Part shown: piece by piece, positions 24,530 through 37,525 of the stretch
How the letters are laid out: the number at the start of each line of letters is the position of its first letter
Position numbering within the stretch: the stretch's first letter is position 1
NCBI GenBank assembly: GCA_028534125.1
Contig: CM052816.1
Span: forward strand, 13,022,001 to 13,086,000
DNA length: 64,000 nt
DNA from: Lama glama
Lineage: Eukaryota
Reading direction: 5' to 3'
Position numbers and translations under genes: made by a program
Notes under the pieces: generated by a model
What the model was told of the DNA's origin: nothing
The model's input: the letters and a program-made list of their open reading frames with translations, nothing else
Database searches by the model: none

Positions 24530-24725
24530 AGTGGTGGCCCTCGAAGTGTGATCTGGGGCCAGCAACATGAGCATCACCTGGGAAACTGTTCGAAGTGGAA
24601 GTGATCACATCCCGCCTCCCAGCCATCTGGGCATGAGAAACTCTGGTGGTAGGACTCAGCCCTCTGTGTGTCACCAAGCTCCCCAGGTGAGTCTGACGCA
24701 GACTAAAGTTTGGGAACCAATGGAC
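24530..24725. mobile_element. MER5A MITE
   Basis: 'ccagcaacatgagcatcacctgggaaactgttcgaa...caagctccccaggtgagtctgacgcagactaaagtttgggaaccaatg'. Confidence 0.85.
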
Positions 24726-25626
24726 TAAGAATTGAGGCTGGTTGTCTGAAGGACGTAACACAACTTCACATCTCGGGAATGCAGCCTCTGGCTGCCCATG
24801 AACACTTGCTCCAGTCTTACTTCATTCTTTAAGCCTGTTAACACTCCCCTTTGGACAGTGTCTTCAGAGGCTAGACCCAGAGAGGATCTTGTTGGTCCAT
24901 GTGTTTCCGTATTTGGGTGGTTTTTTACCGAAAGCCAGATCACACAGCTTGATTACCAGACCCATCTCTAAATGTCTCTTGTGAGGTTTTCAAAGTGGAA
25001 TTCAATCTCAGAGGATGAAGGTTCCTGCATTGAGGGTGTTCAAAGGAATGTGCTTCAGGCGAGTACATCAGACACATCTACTGTGACTTGGAGCGGTTGT
25101 GCCCCCATCTTTTCTGGGACAGTCTGAGAATGTGGGTAGGATGGGGCTCAACTACAAAATAAAAAAGGGTAACCTGATTGACTCCAGGAGACAGCAGATT
25201 GGGGGTCAGAGGCCAGACGTGCCAAGAAAGCGATGCATAATGTTTCCAAGGCTACTCAACTTGCATGATTTGGATTCTGAGGGTCGTTTTGATGGTGATG
25301 GGCCATGAAGCAGCTGCTAGATTCTGACAGACATACAGCAATATAGTGGGGTCAAAATACCACTGAGAGATTATGGGGTAGTCTGGGGAGCCAGATGTCA
25401 GGCAGGCTAATGCTGCAAAATTCCACCCCATTTACTATGGCCATCACCACTACATTTTCCTATTTGGCCATCACAGTGTTTCCCAGTGACTCATACCAGG
25501 TGCTTCATTGGCATATAAGAACTGAGAGACTGCAGTAACTGGGAGTCAGGCAGTAAGGCTGGATTTAAACAGGACTCAGAGAGAGAGGTGTTTACAAAGC
25601 TCCTATTAACACAATCACAATGGCCA

Positions 25627-25710
25627 TTTTTTTGTATATATATGTATTTTTCTTGAAGTCTAGTCAGTTTACAGTGTTGTGTCAATTTCTGGTGTACAGC
25701 ATAACGCTTC
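25627..25710 (-). mobile_element. Camelid L1 3' stub
   Basis: 'ttgaagtctagtcagtttacagtgttgtgtcaatttctggtgtacagcataa', the same family as 4451-4619. Confidence 0.85.
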
Positions 25711-26199
25711 GTATTTTTTAAACTTCCTCCTGTGGCTATCCCCTCCCATTTTTGTGACAGCCAAGATACTGAGAAGAGCAAAGGAAGAGGTTTCTATTTC
25801 AATATTGACCTAAGGCCTTATTTCTTTGATAGTCCAGGATTTACATATTCTCCAAAATTTCAAGTCATGTAACTTTCACATGTCCCATATCCCTGTTTCC
25901 CACTGGGAGAATATTGGGAGTGAATGTTACTCTAAATCAATTACTTAGGGAAATAGAATTTAAAAAAAAAAGGAGACAACATAAAAGCCATTGTTCTAAC
26001 ACCTTATTCTCTTCCACCTTGAGAAGCCTCAGGAAGGACGAGTAAAGAGACTGTCTAATCTCTGAGTGATTAGACACCATACTGGTCAGAAATGTGTTAA
26101 CAGCAAACTGACTGAAGTCATTTGAACATATGAAGGTGTGTTTGTGTCTCACATAAGGAGCCTGTAGAGAAGAAGTTTGGCGTCAGAAAGATGCCCTCG

Positions 26200-26400
26200 A
26201 GAATCCGGACTTTTCTGTCTTCTTGGTTCTCCATCCTTGGGCTGTGCCTTTTGGCCTCATGGCAGCAACGGAGCTGTGCCTCCAGTATTGCACCGTGTGC
26301 CGGGCAAAAGCGAAGTACTAGCAAACTTCCACTTACGTCTCACGACTGTCATACGGCCGGATCTGGCTGTAAGGGAAGCTAGAAAATCAGCTTTCTCGCT
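26200..26400 (-). mobile_element. MLT1-like LTR fragment
   Basis: 'ctccatccttgggctgtgccttttggcctcatggc...ggagctgtgcctccagtatt...ctggctgtaagggaagctagaaaa'. Confidence 0.45.
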
Positions 26401-26639
26401 TTTGAAACCTCCAAAGGAGAGAAGAAATTGGGTCAGCTAATCTGGAGCGTATTATTATAGATGTCATACTAAATAGCAGGCCTCTGCATTACTGTGTGGT
26501 AACATGTTCAGCAAGCATCAAGGGCCTTCTCCTGTTATAGGTTCACGTAAGCAACCAGTCATGATTCAGAGCGATCAAGACCAAATGCCAAATGTGAGAG
26601 CAGAGATTTTTGTGTTGCCGGAAGGCTGCAGGGAAGACT

Positions 26640-27060
26640 AGGTCATTGCTTCTCAAGCTTTCCTGGGAATTTGTTAAAATGTAGATATCGACTCAGTGGA
26701 TCTGGGGTGGGGCTCGAGGTCCTGCAGCTGTGCTGAGGTTCACCTTACCCCATGGGCAGTGGGACACCATCCAGTTCATAAAGAATGGAATAACACAATC
26801 ACCCTTGGACTTTTGAGGGATAATGTTGTGGACAGTGCAGTGGAAGGATGCTGGTAAAGCACAGCAGCTGAACTGGAGTTAGGAAGGTCAGTTAGGAAGA
26901 GAGAGAAGAGACCCTGAACCAGAGCAGGGACTATAGGAAGGGAGAGAAGTGGCAAGAGGTAGTAGTCATGTCAAAGGTAGACTCAGTCGGGAAAGGATAA
27001 ACTTAAAGATGTACGGCAGAGAGAAGGAAGGAAGGGAAGTTGAGGATGGCTGTTAAGACC
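26640..27060. mobile_element. MER5-like MITE (about 26640-26760) within or next to a minus-strand L2
   Basis: 'cctgggaatttgttaaaatgtagatatcgactcagtggatctggggtgggg' and L2-like 'aggaaggtcagttaggaag...ccctgaaccagagcaggga'. Confidence 0.55.
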
Positions 27061-28669
27061 AGCGTAGCAGTTTGGACTAGCACAACACGTTTTGTTTTTA
27101 TTTTTAATTTACATTTGACGGCCTGCAGTTGTTCAAAGACTCTCTATACCTACTTGCCTCTTTCTTGTCCACTACATGTATCTTTGACACCTCCCTGAGC
27201 CTGAAAACTTTTGAGATTGAGCACAAGAGGAGTTGGTTTGGCCCACAAGATGAATGATAGTGCCTCTCACTGAGGCAGTTAACACAGGAGAGGAGCAAGG
27301 CTGCAGGAGGAAGATAATTCAGGAGAGAGTTTTACCAATAGAGAGAGATGAGTAGTTTGGCAGTCACGGATCTGGGACTAGCCTGAACCTTAATTTACTT
27401 TCTCTGTGACCTTGAGTCAGTTCCCTTAGCCTTCCAGTAGCTATAAAACAGAAGAAAACATCCACCACCCTTGTGAATAGCTCCCCAGAGCCACCAGGCT
27501 CGTAACATTGATTCTGGCCAGTATGCGTTCATCAGCGTCATCCCTCTCTCCTTATAGGCATCTTTATGAGCCCTCATTTCCCTGCACACTCAGCTCTCCA
27601 AACTCAGAAAATATGTGTGGATGACCCAGACCCAGACTCCCAGTGCTTCCCTCCAAGCAGTGCCGCCCTGTGAAACCAAAACTGGGAGAGGAGGAAAGAC
27701 AAGTCTGGGTGTATCAAGTTTCTCTGGGATCCACCATCCGATTCTCAGTATGCAAGAATTTTTAGAAAAAGCTCAGTATTTATTTTCATGGTTGCACTCA
27801 AGACCTCTGGAAATACCATAGATAACCACAGCACCAATAACTACTTAATTTATTACATTTGCACATGCAGATGGAAAGAAACCAGCCCTGGCACACAGAC
27901 AACTATAAACAAATGTAAATTACAAATCAGACAGCCCAGTTGGAAATTGAAGCAGAAAAGATTCAAAGTCCAACTAATGTTTTCCCATTCCCATGTAGTA
28001 TTAAGATATCAAATTCTTTTACTTTTTATTTCCACTGATCTGAAGTTCCTCTGCAGTTAATGAGCTTTTCTTTCTTCTCCTTTTGCACTCAATTTAAGAA
28101 ATCAGGCACTGGGGATCCATAGATCAAATAGGACTCTGCCCCTGCTCAAATCATGGTTTAATCCTGTGCCTTGTGCAAAGTTGAGGTGTAAAAAAAATTT
28201 TAATGATCAAATGAATGGATTAATTTAATCTGTTAAACATCTTAAACTCCCACTTTTTTCTTTTTTTGGTGGGGAAGGGTTACCCTTTTCTAAGAGGAAT
28301 TGTGAATAAACTACAGTTGAAAGTAGAAAGAAATCAAGTTCCATACCTGCACCTTTGTGATCATGTGTTTGGTTCCCTGATTATCTCAAATATCCATTAT
28401 TTTCCTCATGCTGAAGAATCTTGATTAGGTCAAGGATGTAAGTTTAAGTATCTAAACTAGAAGCAAACAGGTGGGTATTTCTCTTCTCAGTGGCACAGCC
28501 ATCATTTCCCTCCACCTGCTTAAAGAGTAGCTCCAGTAGGTTGAACTCAGAGGCATCTGTTTGAAGTCAGAGCAGTGAAACTGGTTTATTTCAGCTTCCA
28601 GAAACCTTAAACCTGGTCTGCATTCCTATCGACTCTCACTTAGCCCAATGTCATAACCATGTCCTTGGT

Positions 28670-29130
28670 GTCTTTATTTACATCCTCCCTTGGCCCCTCC
28701 GTCTCATTATCCACACCACATGCAAAGTGGTCTTTTGAAAGCACAAGCTAATCATGTTGGCTCAGTGCTTAAAACCCTCCCGTCACTCTTGGGATAAATA
28801 CCAGAAGCCCTACTATAGTCTTGTACCCAACAAGATAGACCCAGCCTCACGTCTCTACATTCCGCTTGCCCCATGCCTCCCATTCCCCTGTTATTTGCTC
28901 TGATTGCCCCATACATCTCTCTCTGAAGCAGTAATCACAGGAGTAGTTTTTGTTCTTTTAAAATTACTCAATGACTGTCTCCCTCACTTGAAAGTAAACA
29001 GTAAGAGAGCAGTGACCATGTCTCTTTTGGCTCATGGCTGTATCTCTAGTGGTTAGCTTAAAGCCTCAAGCACAAAAAGCATTTATTATATATTCATTGC
29101 ATGAATGAAGCAATATATGAATAAATGATC
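28670..29130 (+). mobile_element. L2 3' region
   Basis: 'gcttaaaaccctcc...gtaagagagcagtgaccatgtctcttttggctcatggctgtatctctagtg...tgaatgaa'. Confidence 0.7.
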
Positions 29131-30199
29131 AATTGTTCGCTCAGTCACCAGTTGCTGTTTTTAGTAGTGAGAAAACTTGTTTCAGGGCTGGAAACTCTGC
29201 CTGTTTTGTTTAATTCTCCAATAAAGATGCCCTTCTAGATATTTCAAGGCCTTCTTAGTAAGTTGTCAAGGTGCCCTGTGAAAGGGTTTGTGTTTCTACC
29301 ATTCCAGAGCAATGGAGGAAGAGGGGAAGGATAGTTATGACCTACTGTCTCTGAAATTCTCTGTGATGGTCTGGATTTGTCAGGGGTTGGATGAATCCTT
29401 ATCTCTCCAGAAAAGCACTGCGTGTTTTGTCTGTGGAAATCATGACATTTTGTATGTTGTCAATCATTTCACAAATAATGTTGTAGAAAACATGCTTGCT
29501 TGCTTCAGTTTCATTTGTGCATTGTCCCTCCTGTAGTTCAATAGTTGTGATTCTAAATATTGGACCACAAAGATGAATAAGATATATCCACTGTTCTTGA
29601 AGAGATCTAAGTCCAGCAAGGAGCAGTGAATTCTTAAATGATACAAAGCAATAAGAATTATAATATTAATGTGTGCAAGTCCTAAATAAGGAGGGATTGA
29701 TATATAGGAGAGTACAGAGATTTATTTTGAGGTTTATATGATTGGGAAATCAAAAGAAGTTTCTCATACTTGGCCAGGCGCTATGGATACCAAAGGAAAA
29801 AGAATGCCTGTTCTTTTGTGCATCTAATTAAACCTTCTCTCCAATTAAATTTTGCCCTGAACAGCAGCTTGCTTTATCATTGCCTTCTATGCAACTTCCA
29901 TTGCCCTCAATGGTTTCTTCATTTCTGATCCTTTATTCTTGCTACCAACTCTGCCTCTGGTGTTTTCCTTCAAGTGATCTCTCAGTCATCAACCTTGACT
30001 ACTCTGATACTTCTGTCTTCTAGAGCGTGGACAGAACCAAAGGATGAACTCCCTACTAGTCCTGTAATCCACCCATCCCTCCAACCTCGGCGTGGCTTGC
30101 ACATGCTTGTCACTAGGTAGGGAAACACGTGGACCCAAATGAACTGTAGCACCAGCAAAAGCAAGGAGCATGGGATGAGTGGCCACATAGCAGGTACTT

Positions 30200-30430
30200 A
30201 AAAGCCTGGGCTCTAGAATAAGAAGACTAAGTTCAGGTCTAGATGCCATCTCTTATGAGCTGGCTGAAATGAAGGAAGTTACTTAACCTCACCAGCAAAT
30301 TGGAATAGTAATACTTAGCTCGTGAGACTCTAGCAAGCATTAAATGATGTAATTGATGTAATACGTTTAACCCAGTGCTCAACACACAGTGTGTACACAA
30401 TAAATGATGGATGTGATGATGATGATGATG
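30200..30430 (+). mobile_element. MIR SINE with (GAT)n tail
   Basis: 'cctgggctctagaat...ggaagttacttaacctc...gcattaaatgatgtaat...cagtgctcaacacacagt'. Confidence 0.75.
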
Positions 30431-30506
30431 AAGAAAAGGATTATAAAGACATGTATAAAATGCTATGAGAAATCAAACCAAAGAATGGGTGATTCTGCTT
30501 AAGAAT

Positions 30507-30513
30507 CCTAACC

Positions 30514-30548
<35 letters not shown>

Positions 30549-30578
30549 ACCCTAACACTAACCCTAACCCTAACCCTA
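30507..30578 (-). repeat. Short interstitial telomeric sequence, about 12 TTAGGG units
   Basis: (CCCTAA)n with two CCCTAAA variants and one CACTAA variant. Confidence 0.95.
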
Positions 30579-31759
30579 GGATTCATTGAAGAAGAGACTT
30601 TTGAGCTAAACATTGAGGGGTAGTAGGAAGCCAGAAAGGGGATTGGAAAAATGACACTTCAGAGAAGGGAAAAATGATGAACTAAAAATAAAAGGTAGAT
30701 TAAAGATTTAACAATCTACAGAAGAAATAAATGATAAGGCAACATGAATCAGGGGCTCAGCTTTGGATAACAGAGAAGAATCTGAACCAAATCTTGGAAC
30801 GATTCTGTAGACTGAGTTTCAGAGTAATGACATAAGTTGTATAAAAGTATTTTGTGTATAAAGTATGTGCAGTTAACAGCTTGGACTTCATGAGGTGGAG
30901 CTGTTACCAAAGGCTCACCATCTTCTTCACAGACATTTATGTGGAGCCCTAAATGTTTTTCAATCACGTTCATCAGCTGGTTTCTGTTGTTGAAAACTCC
31001 TCTTGCTATTTTTTTTTGATCAAAGGGTACATTTTCAGGGTTAAAGTAAAATTTCAAAGATAAAGACCATGATTTCTCTCTTTACTAAGAGGCTACATAG
31101 TTCTTCCGAGGCTAGGCAGGGAAGTGGTCCCAAACTTTCTCAAAACCTATGTTTGGGTACCATGTTCAAATACAGCATCCTCCTTAAAGCTTATTGTGTT
31201 GATGTCTGTCTCTGTCTCCCCACACCCCCAACTCCGGCCCTTCTTACTCCTTGTCAGTTCAAGCTCTTTCACGATTGGCACCCTCACTTTTGAGACTTTG
31301 AGCATTTTGATATTTTGCTCATGTTTGTTTTCCAGCCTCACTCCGTAAATTACCCAATACTTTCTACTCCATTACTACAGAGCTGACACTTGAGAAACAC
31401 AGTTTGCTATTTTATTTTCTTCTTCCATGATCCTTTCAACCCTTCCATATGTTTTTTTCTTACACATGAACCCAGTACTGAAAATACACATCGGTTGAAG
31501 GTTCTTCCAAAGTACGTGGTGAATGAGTAATCCAACTTGCCCGAGATGAAAAGAAGTATGGGGGTCCAGAAATAAATCTCTTTGAAATGAATGAACCGAT
31601 ATGTCCGGAACCTGATTAAGATGTTATAAGCGTGTGACTGTGGGGTATGTAGTCCCTGGGCCAGTCTGACACTCAGTGTGCACCTCATGTCACCCTCCAG
31701 GAACTGACATCCTTCCCCAGATGTTCCAGGTTCCACCAATGTTCTCAAGCGCCACACAA

Positions 31760-32260
31760 GCATACTGTAGCCCCTGTTTTCTCTTTGTAATTTCTTCATG
31801 GCTCTAACCTTTATCTAAAAGGGTCTTGTTTATTGGTTTACTTATCATTGTCTAAACCTTCTTTTTGGATTGTCACTCCATGAAGGAAAAAGAGACTTTT
31901 CTGTGCTGTTTCCCACCATGTCCCCAGCACTAAATCATGATAAGTGTTCAAATTTGTTGAATCGATTTTTTCAAACCCAAAGTCCAATATGGCCAACTAA
32001 TAACTCTTTTTGGCTTGTATTTCTCCTAAGATTAAAATAATAATGATGGCTATAATTTATAAGTGCCCACTACGTGGCTTGTGCTGTGCTAGCATCCTAG
32101 TATATACCTATGTAATCTCCAGAGCCATCGTGCACAATCTGTACTCATATCGCCTTCACACGTGAGACTGTCGAAGCTCAGAGAGGTTGACTAACTCCCC
32201 CAAGGTCCTGTAGCAGGGAGGCAGAGGTTTTAGGGCTTGAACCTACAACTGCTTTGCCAC
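31760..32260. mobile_element. L2 3' end (+, about 31760-31965) followed by MIR (-, about 32035-32260)
   Basis: 'ctccatgaagg...tccccagcact...tttgttgaat' and 'ttataagtgcccactacgtgg...gaagctcagagaggttgactaactcccccaaggtc'. Confidence 0.7.
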
Positions 32261-33079
32261 ACTTTCTCAGTTCACACTGCTACTCCTTGCCATCAAGTAC
32301 AATCTATCTTCTTGAAATTTTCAGTTGAACCCCTTTTGTATTGATTCTGGACTGGGGCTAAAGAAAGGACTTGTCAACTTCAATGGCTCGCTGCTCCTTG
32401 ACTCAGATGCTGTGGCTACAGGGGTAATTACTCATTCTCCTGCTTCTCATCCCTTTTGGCTACTCCAGTCTCCCACGTCCTTTGGGAAGAACAAAATAAA
32501 ACCAATCCCTTTTCCAAAACTCATCAATCTTTCCCCGTTACATTTCTCAGCAAATCTGAAGGGACCCAAGCCTCACAGTAAAGTCCCACCACCAAATGTG
32601 TCCAGAAGTCCTCCCTGATTCTGCAGGATTTTATGCTTCACTGGAAGCGTCTGACCAGCTGCATCAGAGTGGCAAGCTCTCCGTACAAGAGCAAAGCAGG
32701 AAGGGAGGTGTGCCCTTTGCCTACCGACTAGCATTTTTTTTCTTCTGGACCCCATTCCAAGCTCTTACCTGAGACTTTTCGAGCACGCTGGATCTATTTA
32801 CTTTCTCCAATGAGCCTTGAGTCACAGCCACCATCCATCCAAATTAGGTAGACTGCTCCGTTTATTTATTTAGTTGCTTTAAAAAAAAAAAAAGGTCCTT
32901 TGAATTTTTGTCCCTATTTTAAATGTGTCTTTCCCCTGTGGGTTGCTGTTATGTTTGTCTTGCCTTTATAGGAAGGAGTAAATTCTGGAGAATTCAGGGG
33001 ACTTTAAAATTCACGGAGTTTCTTCTACATTGATATTTTACTTTCCTGCAATACAAACTCTGAACCGTTATTCAAAACT

Positions 33080-33320
33080 CAGTAAATGTCACTTCGCGCA
33101 GTTTTTTCTGATTGTCCAAAGCAGATTAATGTCTCCATAAAAGTTCGCCCATACTCTGCGGTATCACTTACCACACCAAATAATGACCTCTGTCACCCGT
33201 TACTTAGCCTCGTAGACTGTAAATGCCCTGTGGTCAGGGATCGTATGACATCACTCATTCTACTCCTTTCCTATCTCCTGGCATTTAGAACATCCTCAAG
33301 AAGTGTTGAATGTGTTCTGC
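33080..33320 (+). mobile_element. L2 3' fragment
   Basis: 'tagactgtaaatgccctgtggtcagggatcg...ctcctggcatttagaaca'. Confidence 0.55.
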
Positions 33321-34072
33321 ATACAAGCAGTTACCATCCTCTTTTGGAACACTTCGAATGAGAGCTCACTGTTTTAAGATCCAGCACCTTCTACTGGTGT
33401 GTAGATGAATTATTCTAAGGTCAAACACCTTTCCTGTATTGAGCTAAGCTCGGTGTCCCTATCATTTCCGCCTTTGGTCCTTTGCCCTTGTGACCCACCC
33501 AGACCAAGTGGGCTCCTTCTTAAGCATCTGAAGACAGCTGACGTGCCTCCTTCCAAGCCGAACACCCTTTCTGCCTTTATGGAGGGCTTTTGTGGGATGG
33601 CTTCTAAACTTTGGCTAGCCTTGTTCCTCCTCCCAGGATAATCCCTAATCACCAATATTCCTCTGAAGTTGGGGGGCCAGGCCATGTCCCAGACATGGGA
33701 CAGCATCACGTGCTCTGAGGTTCTACTGAGCTGGACCCTTTATTTTTGCCAGTGGCCTTAGAAGCATCACATTTTCCAGTGTTCTGTGAGTTCTCTCTCA
33801 GATCTTGTTTTGTTTTGGGGTTTTCTCTTTGTTTGTTTAGCTGTGGGGGGGCCAGATTTCTGATTCATCCTGCTGCAACTAACTTTATAATCTTAAAAGC
33901 AAACCTTTAGAGTTGTTGGTATTCAAAGGTACCTTATTTATTGAGGATTTTATTGTACTTGGGTCTAGAGAACTGAATGCACTCTGAGGACAGTCATGTA
34001 TTTTGTGGTGAGCTGATACCTTCTGTACTTTGATAAGCCCATCAATAATTGGATTTTAAACAGTGACATTCT

Positions 34073-34578
34073 TTTTCTTAAATATTTTTTTACTGAAATA
34101 TAATCAGTATACAATGTTGTGTCAATTTCTGGTGTACGGCATAATGTCCCCGTCATACGCATACATATATATATTCATTTTCATATTCTTTTTCACCCTA
34201 AGTTACTATAAGATATTGAATATAGTCTCCTGTGCTATACAGTATAAACTTGGTGTTTGTATTTTATATATATTAGTATCTGCAAATCTCAAACTCCCAA
34301 TTTATCCCTTCCCTCCCCCTTCCCCCCAGTAACCATAAGTTTGTTTTCTCATGCCTGTGAGTCTATTTCTGTTTTGTAAATAAGTTTGTCTTTTTTTTAG
34401 ATTCCACATACAAGTGATCTCATATGACATTTTTCTTTCTTTTTCTGGCTTACGTCACTAAGTATGACAATCTCCAGGTCCATCCATGTTGCTGCAAATG
34501 GCATTATTTTATTCTTTTTTACAGCTGAGTAGTATTCCATTGTATAAATATACCACAGCTTCTTTATCCAGTCACTTG
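34073..34578 (-). mobile_element. 5'-truncated camelid L1 with perfect 16-bp TSD
   Basis: ORF2 C-terminus ([38 protein letters not shown], track ORF 34397-34630) plus 3' UTR. TSD TAAACAGTGACATTCT at 34057-34072 and 34579-34594. Confidence 0.95.
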
Positions 34579-34734
34579 TAAACAGTGACATTCTGAGTAC
34601 ATTTCCAGTTAGGTGCTGTCCATAATTCACTGCTCTAGGTGGGAACCAACGAGTAATAATAACGTCAACAACAATAGCAGCAGCTGGGCTTTTGTGTCCT
34701 GAGCACCAGCCTTTGTGCTAGACCCGTTCCGTCC

Positions 34735-35060
34735 TTGTCAGCTGGGATAGGCTGGGTTTGTCTGATGCCAAGCAACCCCCAAAATCTCAGTGGCTTAAAG
34801 CAGCATTTTTTTAAAAATCTCACTACACATTTGGTGTGAGAGAGAAGGGGCAGGATTTTTCTCAGCCTCGTCACTGGAGTGCCAAGGGAATGGAAGTTCT
34901 TTCTCAAGATGCAATTCCTCATCATCATGACAGAGGAAAGGCAACGTGACAATGTCTTTTTCCCGTATTGGTTCTTAAAGTTCCTTCCCAGAAGTAAGGC
35001 ATGCCCTTTTTTGCTCACATTTCATCTACCAAAACAAGGTAGGTGACTGCATCTAACTTC
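34735..35060 (-). mobile_element. MLT1 (MaLR) LTR remnant
   Basis: 'tgtcagctgggataggctgggtttg...aacccccaaaatctcagtggcttaaagcagca...gctcacatttcat'. Confidence 0.75.
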
Positions 35061-35159
35061 ATTTTTTAAATTTTCTATCTAGCCCTTAGTGCAGTGTCTG
35101 ACCCAGAGAGCCCACCAAGAAAGTACATGCTGGATGACTGAATGAATGCATGGCTTGAA

Positions 35160-35720
35160 TTCTTAGTCAGGATGCCCCTGGCCCGAGAAACCCTGGCTCA
35201 AAGTGGCTTGAGACAGAATCAGACTCTATCTCACACATTGAGAACTTCTAAAGTGGACAGCTCCAGAGTTGAGTGATTCTGAGGCTTAGGGAAGTCATGG
35301 AGAACCCAGGTCCTTTCATCTCTGGGTTCCGCCATCCCCCTAGTTCTCCTTGGCTTTCTCCCCTTCCCTGTGGTCACAAGGTGATTGTAGCAATTCGAGA
35401 TTCACATCCAATGACAGCAGCATCCCTAAGAAGAAGGAACTGACTCTTCTTGGAATCCTCTTTGAGAGAAAGAGAAGTCTTTGCCAGAAGCTCCCCCATC
35501 CGACTTCCCCTTATGTCTCTGAAGCCAGAGTTGTGCCACATGCTCATGCTGGAACCAGTCATTGGCAGGTGGCCTGGGGCCAGTCAGACCTATATCCAGG
35601 CTCAGGCTGGGGTCACTGTCCTCCAAAGCCCTTGGCCTGCAGGAGGAGGTTGGATCCCTGCATACAATTAGGGCTTTGTTAACAAGGAAGGAGGAAGGAA
35701 TGGATGTTGGGTAGAGGACA
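35160..35720 (-). mobile_element. MLT1J/K-like LTR
   Basis: 'ttagtcaggatgc...agaaaccctggctcaaagtggctt...cttcccCttatgtctctgaagccagagttgtgccacatgc...ggatgttgggtag'. Confidence 0.75.
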
Positions 35721-36229
35721 TGAGAGTCCGGGCATCTCTTCTGACATTAACTGCTTCTCACCATCACTGCTTTGATTCCTCCAGCTTTCTGAACTTTTTA
35801 TGACCTTCTGAGCTTTTCCTTCATCTATTTCATCACCCCCCCACTGGCGTCAGTTGAGTCCAAAGGTTGTCATGATATGTGGGTTGGCTTTATAAGGGCC
35901 ACGTTCATTTTATGGAGAGTAACTTCATATTAACTGTCTAAAGCACGCCATTTAATATGTACAAGGCATAAATCAAATGCAGTTTCTTCACAGAATCATT
36001 ATAGACCACCAGTCTACCAACATTTACATCACCTTCGGTATCACCTGGTGGAGGGGGAGGAGTGACTCAGTGATCTAATAAAGTGCATTAGGAATAAAAG
36101 AACGGCATGGATTCTCCACCGTGTGGACCCAGAACTCCTGGCCATGCCTCCTCTGTGTGGAGAGGAGATTGCAGGGGCTACTGCCAGGCTGTTCTCTATC
36201 TTATTAGTGTTTCCCCTACAACCTGCCCC

Positions 36230-36530
36230 TCTGTCTCATTCCCCGCATCTCTTTCCACTTTCCTAACTGACTCCTAATTACCCTTTGGGTCACCATTTAA
36301 ATGTTGGTGGCCCAGTAATTACCCTGCTGTCCTCCTTCAGACCACCGGAAGGCTGCCTGTCCACGGTTTACTTGAACTGAAGGCTTATCTTTTGTCAGGC
36401 TCTCGTCTTATGACCATAAAAAGCTCATGAGCCACAGACCACATCCCTGTGTTCACCTCTGTATCCCCAGTGCTTAGCACACAAGAGAAGGTCAGTGATC
36501 ATTTTTTTTTCACTGAGTAAGTGAATGACT
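36230..36530 (+). mobile_element. L2 3' region
   Basis: 'gttcacctctgtatccccagtgcttagcaca...gtgaatga'. Confidence 0.7.
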
Positions 36531-36844
36531 AAGTAGCATCCGTCAACATGACAGCACCACATTCTCTCGTATCATCTGCCAGATTCGCTGTTTTTAACTA
36601 TGTATCACAGAATATAGCTTCTCATTGTCTGGTCACGATCCACGGGTCTGGGGCTGGAAGACGCCCATCTGATTCCTACAGGGAGAGGCTTTCCCAGCAG
36701 AGTTTATACCCCGGTGGTGGTACCTGTGATGATTTCAAGTTGTACAGTTACTTCATTAGCTCTGTGCTCATTTCTATGGTGAACTTCTGTTCAGGGCACA
36801 TGATACTTGTTTCCCATTTTCAGTAGTAATTTACTGTTTCCTTT

Positions 36845-37380
36845 AAAAGATATGTATATATTTTTAAATGAAGCTTTCTTTGTAATAGCCCAAAACTGGA
36901 AACCATCCAGACATCTATCAGCTTGTGAATGGAGAAAGAAATTATGGTATAGCCATACAATGGAATATTATATTAATGATAACTTAAGAAAAAGCAGCAA
37001 AAAGGAACAAACTTAACAGATACAATAACATGAATGTCCAAATCATGCCTACCCAGACAAGGCAGGCAAAAAAATTACATATATTTGTATAAACTCCTGG
37101 AAAGTGCAAATTAATATATAGTGACAGAAAGCAAAGCAGTGTTTGCTTGGATGCAGGCGTGAAAGGAGACATGGATTTAAAAGGGCTATCAGAAACCTTT
37201 AAGGAGCGATGACTGTGTTCCTTATTCATCATCTTGATTGTGGTCATGGCATACAATTTGATCAGTTTTGATCATGCCAAAACTGATGAAGCTGTATATT
37301 TTAAATATGTGCAGATGATTATAAATACATGGAAGTTATTGTATTTCAACATTTCCTCAAAGCCGTTAGAAAAAAAAAAA
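36845..37380 (+). mobile_element. Ancient L1M 3' end with A tail
   Basis: 'tttgtaatagcccaaaactggaaacca...atggtatagccatacaatggaatatta...atagtgacagaaagc...cttgattgtggt'. Confidence 0.85.
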
Positions 37381-37525
37381 GGCCAGGTTAGGTAAAGCTG
37401 CAGGGGATGGTGGGGGGGGGGGTCATTGGCATAAAGTTTATAAATTCTAAATAAAATGAGAAGCTACTAATAGGTTCTGAACAAAAGACATGATTAGATT
37501 AAACATTTAATGTGACAAAAGCATG

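Noticed and set aside
30530..30549. Plant-type CCCTAAA telomere units as foreign DNA
   Set aside because: Only two single-base variants inside a vertebrate-type tract; mutation plus slippage explains them.
30749..31057. Protein-like 102-aa minus-strand ORF
   Set aside because: Non-ATG start, no recognised homology and no convincing splice acceptor. A tBLASTn or codon-conservation test would be needed to revive it.
33383..33398. CTCF-like site (minus strand CCAGTAGAAGGTGC)
   Set aside because: Two mismatches in the core make it too weak to call without a matrix score.
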